Of a stretch of 55,876 bases of DNA, positions 51,917 to 55,876 are shown one piece after another. Made by a program: the position numbers and the translations under genes. How positions within the stretch are numbered: position 1 is the first letter of the stretch; every line of letters begins with the position of its first letter. The notes beneath the pieces were generated by a model. That model saw only the letters and a program-made list of their open reading frames with translations, ran no database searches and was not told the origin of the DNA. Source of the stretch: Actinomycetota bacterium (lineage in GTDB: Bacteria > Actinomycetota > Actinomycetes > S36-B12); the NCBI GenBank assembly GCA_947449945.1, contig CANFTO010000002.1, forward strand, positions 1 through 55,876, written 5' to 3'.

Positions 51917-52648
51917 CTAAAGCGCTAAAGCCTCACGCTGCATACGCGTGAGATCTGCACAGCCTTGTGTACCCAGTGCCAACAAGACATCAAGTTCAGC
52001 GCGATCAAATGGTGCACCTTCAGCTGTCCCTTGAACTTCGATAAAGCGGCCATCGCCAGTCATCACAATGTTCATGTCAGTTTCAGCGCGTACATCGTCG
52101 TCATAGTGAAGATCAAGGCGTGGAACACCATCAATAATGCCAACACTCACTGCAGCCACAGAATCAGTGAATGGATTACTCGAGAGGTACTTCTTCTCTA
52201 AACCCCAAGTCACAGCATCGGCAAGTGCAACATAAGCACCAGTGATTGCCGCAGTGCGAGTGCCCCCATCAGCCTGCAAAACATCGCAGTCAATGACGAT
52301 CGTGTTCTCGCCTAGCGTCGACATGTCGACCACCGCGCGCAAACTACGCCCAATCAAACGGGAAATCTCGTGGGTGCGCCCGCCAAGCTTGCCTTTGACA
52401 GACTCGCGGTCATTGCGCTCATTGGTTGCACGAGGAAGCATCGCGTACTCAGCGGTTACCCAGCCTTTGCCACTTCCTTTGAGCCAGCGTGGAACTCCTG
52501 GAGTGAATGACGCCGTGCACAGGACTCGTGTGCGACCAAAGGAAACCAAGGTTGATCCCTCAGCTTGCTCAAGCCAGCCACGCTGGAACGTAACTGGGCG
52601 AAGTTCTTGATCGGCACGGCCATCGGAGCGAGGGGTAACAGAAGTCAT
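51917..52648 (-). CDS. rph: ribonuclease PH
   Basis: [46 protein letters not shown] and [15 protein letters not shown] prefer the ATG at 52648 over the TTG at 52678, but the start is not certain. Confidence 0.9.
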   Translation of the reverse strand: MTSVTPRSDGRADQELRPVTFQRGWLEQAEGSTLVSFGRTRVLCTASFTPGVPRWLKGSGKGWVTAEYAMLPRATNERNDRESVKGKLGGRTHEISRLIGRSLRAVVDMSTLGENTIVIDCDVLQADGGTRTAAITGAYVALADAVTWGLEKKYLSSNPFTDSVAAVSVGIIDGVPRLDLHYDDDVRAETDMNIVMTGDGRFIEVQGTAEGAPFDRAELDVLLALGTQGCADLTRMQREALAL

Positions 52649-52689
52649 GGGACAGAACTCTATTAGGCGCTTACTCAACGCCTATATTG

Positions 52690-53484
52690 CTAGCCGAAAT
52701 GGCCGACGGAACCAATCTCTGGCCCCAAGAAACGGCGCCCTAGATGTTCAAAACTTGCTGGATCGCCAGTTGCACTGAATTGATGCACAGGTTGAGGCAA
52801 TTCAGGGTCACGAAGGAGGTCATTCGCGACCAAGGTGCGATACACATCTTTTGCTGTTTCTTCTGCACTTGAAACCAAGGTCACATGTTCACCCATCACA
52901 TATGAAAGCACGCCGGTCAGCAGCGGATAGTGTGTACAACCCAACACCAAAGTGTCGATGTCCGCTTCTTGCAACGGATCTAAATACTCATGTGCAACTT
53001 CGAGTAACGAAGTCCCTGACGTTCGACCCGCTTCAACAAACTCAACGAAGCGCGGGCACGCCGCAGAAATGATTTCCAGATTTGGTGCCGCCGCAAAGGC
53101 ATCGTCATATGCGCGTGAGGTTATGGTCATCTCAGTGCCAATTACTCCGATGCGCCCATTACGTGTTGCCGCAGCAGCACGCCTCGCAGCTGGATGCACT
53201 ACTTCAATAACTGGAACGTCGTAACGTTCACGCGCATCACGTAAGGTTGCAGCACTTGCAGAGTTGCAAGCAATGACCAGCAACTTCACCCCATCTGCAA
53301 CGAGACGATCCATGATTTCAAGAGCAAATTGACGAACTTCTGCAATCGGGCGCGGGCCATAGGGTCCGCGCGCTGTGTCCCCCACATACAAGACAGGCTC
53401 GTGTGGCAACTGATCGAGAATGGCCCGAGCAACAGTTAAGCCACCGACTCCAGAGTCGACGATGCCAATCGGTGCGTCTGCCAT
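52690..53484 (-). CDS. murI: glutamate racemase
   Basis: Strings [21 protein letters not shown] and LGCTHYPLL. Confidence 0.9.
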   Translation of the reverse strand: MADAPIGIVDSGVGGLTVARAILDQLPHEPVLYVGDTARGPYGPRPIAEVRQFALEIMDRLVADGVKLLVIACNSASAATLRDARERYDVPVIEVVHPAARRAAAATRNGRIGVIGTEMTITSRAYDDAFAAAPNLEIISAACPRFVEFVEAGRTSGTSLLEVAHEYLDPLQEADIDTLVLGCTHYPLLTGVLSYVMGEHVTLVSSAEETAKDVYRTLVANDLLRDPELPQPVHQFSATGDPASFEHLGRRFLGPEIGSVGHFG

Positions 53485-53594
53485 AACCCCCTAAGCCTAC
53501 GGCGCGGTTGCGCGTAAATATGTCACTGATCCCTACGCTGTTGCTCAACCAGCCGCCCGCGTCCAAGGAGCGGGCGCTAACCCGAAGGAAATAC

Positions 53595-54008
53595 ATGTCA
53601 ACACCTACCAGCCCTTCCCGCCCATTCGGCGTCCTGATCGTCGCCGTTCTTCTGGTAATCGCAGCGGTTTTCAACCTCTGGATGGGTTTCCTCGCCATTT
53701 TTTCAAGCTTTGGTGAAAACCCAGCTTGGGAAGATATCTACGGCGCTTCACACACCATCGGCACCTTCCAGCTTTGGATGTTTGGCCTTCTGTCAATCTT
53801 CCTTGGCCTTATCTACATGTGGTTGATGCGTATGACGATGATCGGTTCAGCAACTGCTCACACCATCATCAGCATGTTCATGGTCATCAACATCGTGTTC
53901 GGCTTCTTCCGCCTTCCATTCGGCTGGGCTTCAATCATCATCAGCCTGCTCGTGCTCCTTATGGTCAACACCAAGGGCGCAGTGGAATGGTTCAAGCAAA
54001 CCGCGTAA
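53595..54008 (+). CDS. hypothetical four-TM membrane protein
   Basis: The ATG at 53595 follows AAGGAA. There are four hydrophobic helices and a strong terminator follows. No family is recognised. Confidence 0.5.
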   Translation: MSTPTSPSRPFGVLIVAVLLVIAAVFNLWMGFLAIFSSFGENPAWEDIYGASHTIGTFQLWMFGLLSIFLGLIYMWLMRMTMIGSATAHTIISMFMVINIVFGFFRLPFGWASIIISLLVLLMVNTKGAVEWFKQTA

Positions 54009-54020
54009 TTTTCTTCAAAA

Positions 54021-54055
54021 GAAACTGGGCTGTCGCATCGCGACAGCCCAGTTTC
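54021..54055. terminator. bidirectional intrinsic terminator
   Basis: Perfect 16-bp stem GAAACTGGGCTGTCGC / GCGACAGCCCAGTTTC with a 3-nt loop. It is followed by TTTTTTATTT on the plus strand and by TTTTG on the minus strand. Confidence 0.75.
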
Positions 54056-54070
54056 TTTTTTATTTCAAGA

Positions 54071-55302
<1,232 letters not shown>

Positions 55303-55404
55303 GACAACTCCCATCAGTCGGAACGAGTTTCCGCTACAACCTCACGATAGGGCCGCGTTTTCCTGCTGACTACTACAAAATTCCTAGTTGCCAAGGCTTT
55401 GCAG

Positions 55405-55821
55405 TTAGAGGACCTCGACCGGCTCCTCGGTCACTTCGCCATCCACGATTCGGTACGAACGAAACTCCACTGGCCCAGGCTCTTGCCCATGCTCCCGTGT
55501 GGATATCAGCACGTAATGCGCCCCTGGTTCCCCAGCCAACGTCACATCAGTTCGCGATGGATAGGCCTCTGTGGCGGTATGTGAGTGATAGATAACGACC
55601 GGCTCTTCGTCGCGATCATCCATCTCCCGGTACAGCTTGAGTAGATCACTTGAATCAAACTCGTAGAAGGTGGTCGAGCGCGCAGCATTGATCATGGGAA
55701 TGAATCGCTCAGGTGAATCACTGCCCGCCGCACCAGCCACAACACCACAGGCTTCATCAGGATGATCCGCCTTGGCATGTCCAACAATCTGGTCCACCAG
55801 TGTCTGAGAAATTTGAAGCAC
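55405..55821 (-). CDS. mec: JAMM/MPN+ metalloprotease Mec (CysO-cysteine peptidase)
   Basis: The Glu in PDEACGVV and the JAMM motif HSHTATEAYPSRTD (HxHx7Sx2D). It lies upstream of cysO-cysM. Confidence 0.85.
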   Translation of the reverse strand: MLQISQTLVDQIVGHAKADHPDEACGVVAGAAGSDSPERFIPMINAARSTTFYEFDSSDLLKLYREMDDRDEEPVVIYHSHTATEAYPSRTDVTLAGEPGAHYVLISTREHGQEPGPVEFRSYRIVDGEVTEEPVEVL

Positions 55822-55876
55822 CGGGAAATCCTACGGCAGCATGATTTGAACAAGTGACTCTTGTAAATACGTGAGC

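Overview
Gene-dense 55.9-kb chromosomal segment, about 50-53% GC by eye, with roughly 62 protein genes, 3 tRNAs and 1 riboswitch. I saw no rRNA, CRISPR array, transposase, integrase or phage genes. It looks like a rhodopsin-bearing aquatic actinobacterium: the order mec-cysO-cysM ... murI-rph-rdgB matches what I recall from Mycobacterium, and GTG/TTG starts and ATGA start/stop overlaps are frequent. Content from left to right: (1) siroheme genes (partial cobA, CbiX-type chelatase) and two tandem acyl-CoA dehydrogenases. (2) A pirin gene divergent from a secreted animal-type haem peroxidase, then TetR + hydrolase and a quinone oxidoreductase. (3) An APH-type kinase / SDR / ACAD10-11-like dehydrogenase operon, resembling the Lva 4-oxo/4-hydroxy-acid module. 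(4) A TauE permease, an AAA+ (ChlI/MoxR-like)-vWA-LuxR operon, a GGDEF cyclase, PlsC, a tandem USP, orn and tRNA-His. (5) A ~15-kb, 17-gene minus-strand catabolic operon (20759-35662) with a divergent TetR. It combines LimB-like LLM monooxygenases + FMN reductase + an F420-type LLM; an MhpB-type extradiol dioxygenase with two C-C hydrolases; an Ipf-like block (SCPx thiolase-like, DUF35, Rieske oxygenase alpha/beta, CoA ligase); and the hydratase / acetaldehyde dehydrogenase / aldolase lower pathway. (6) A CinA-like protein, a beta-barrel protein, VKOR, MmsA, DUF5522 + secreted SGNH hydrolase, and tRNA-Lys. (7) A copper cluster (membrane protein, YcnI, two CopC) and a DTE-motif actinorhodopsin/xanthorhodopsin-type proton pump. 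(8) A SAM-I riboswitch controlling a ThrC-like (MetM-type) enzyme and a CysO-like sulfur carrier that ends in GGC. (9) A Mn/Zn-type ABC importer, Bcp, tRNA-Leu, rdgB, rph, murI and cysM-cysO-mec. The best candidates for something new are the composite aromatic-acid operon and the riboswitch-controlled carrier-protein homocysteine module with its capped carrier. All family calls rest on motifs read by eye; no database search was run.
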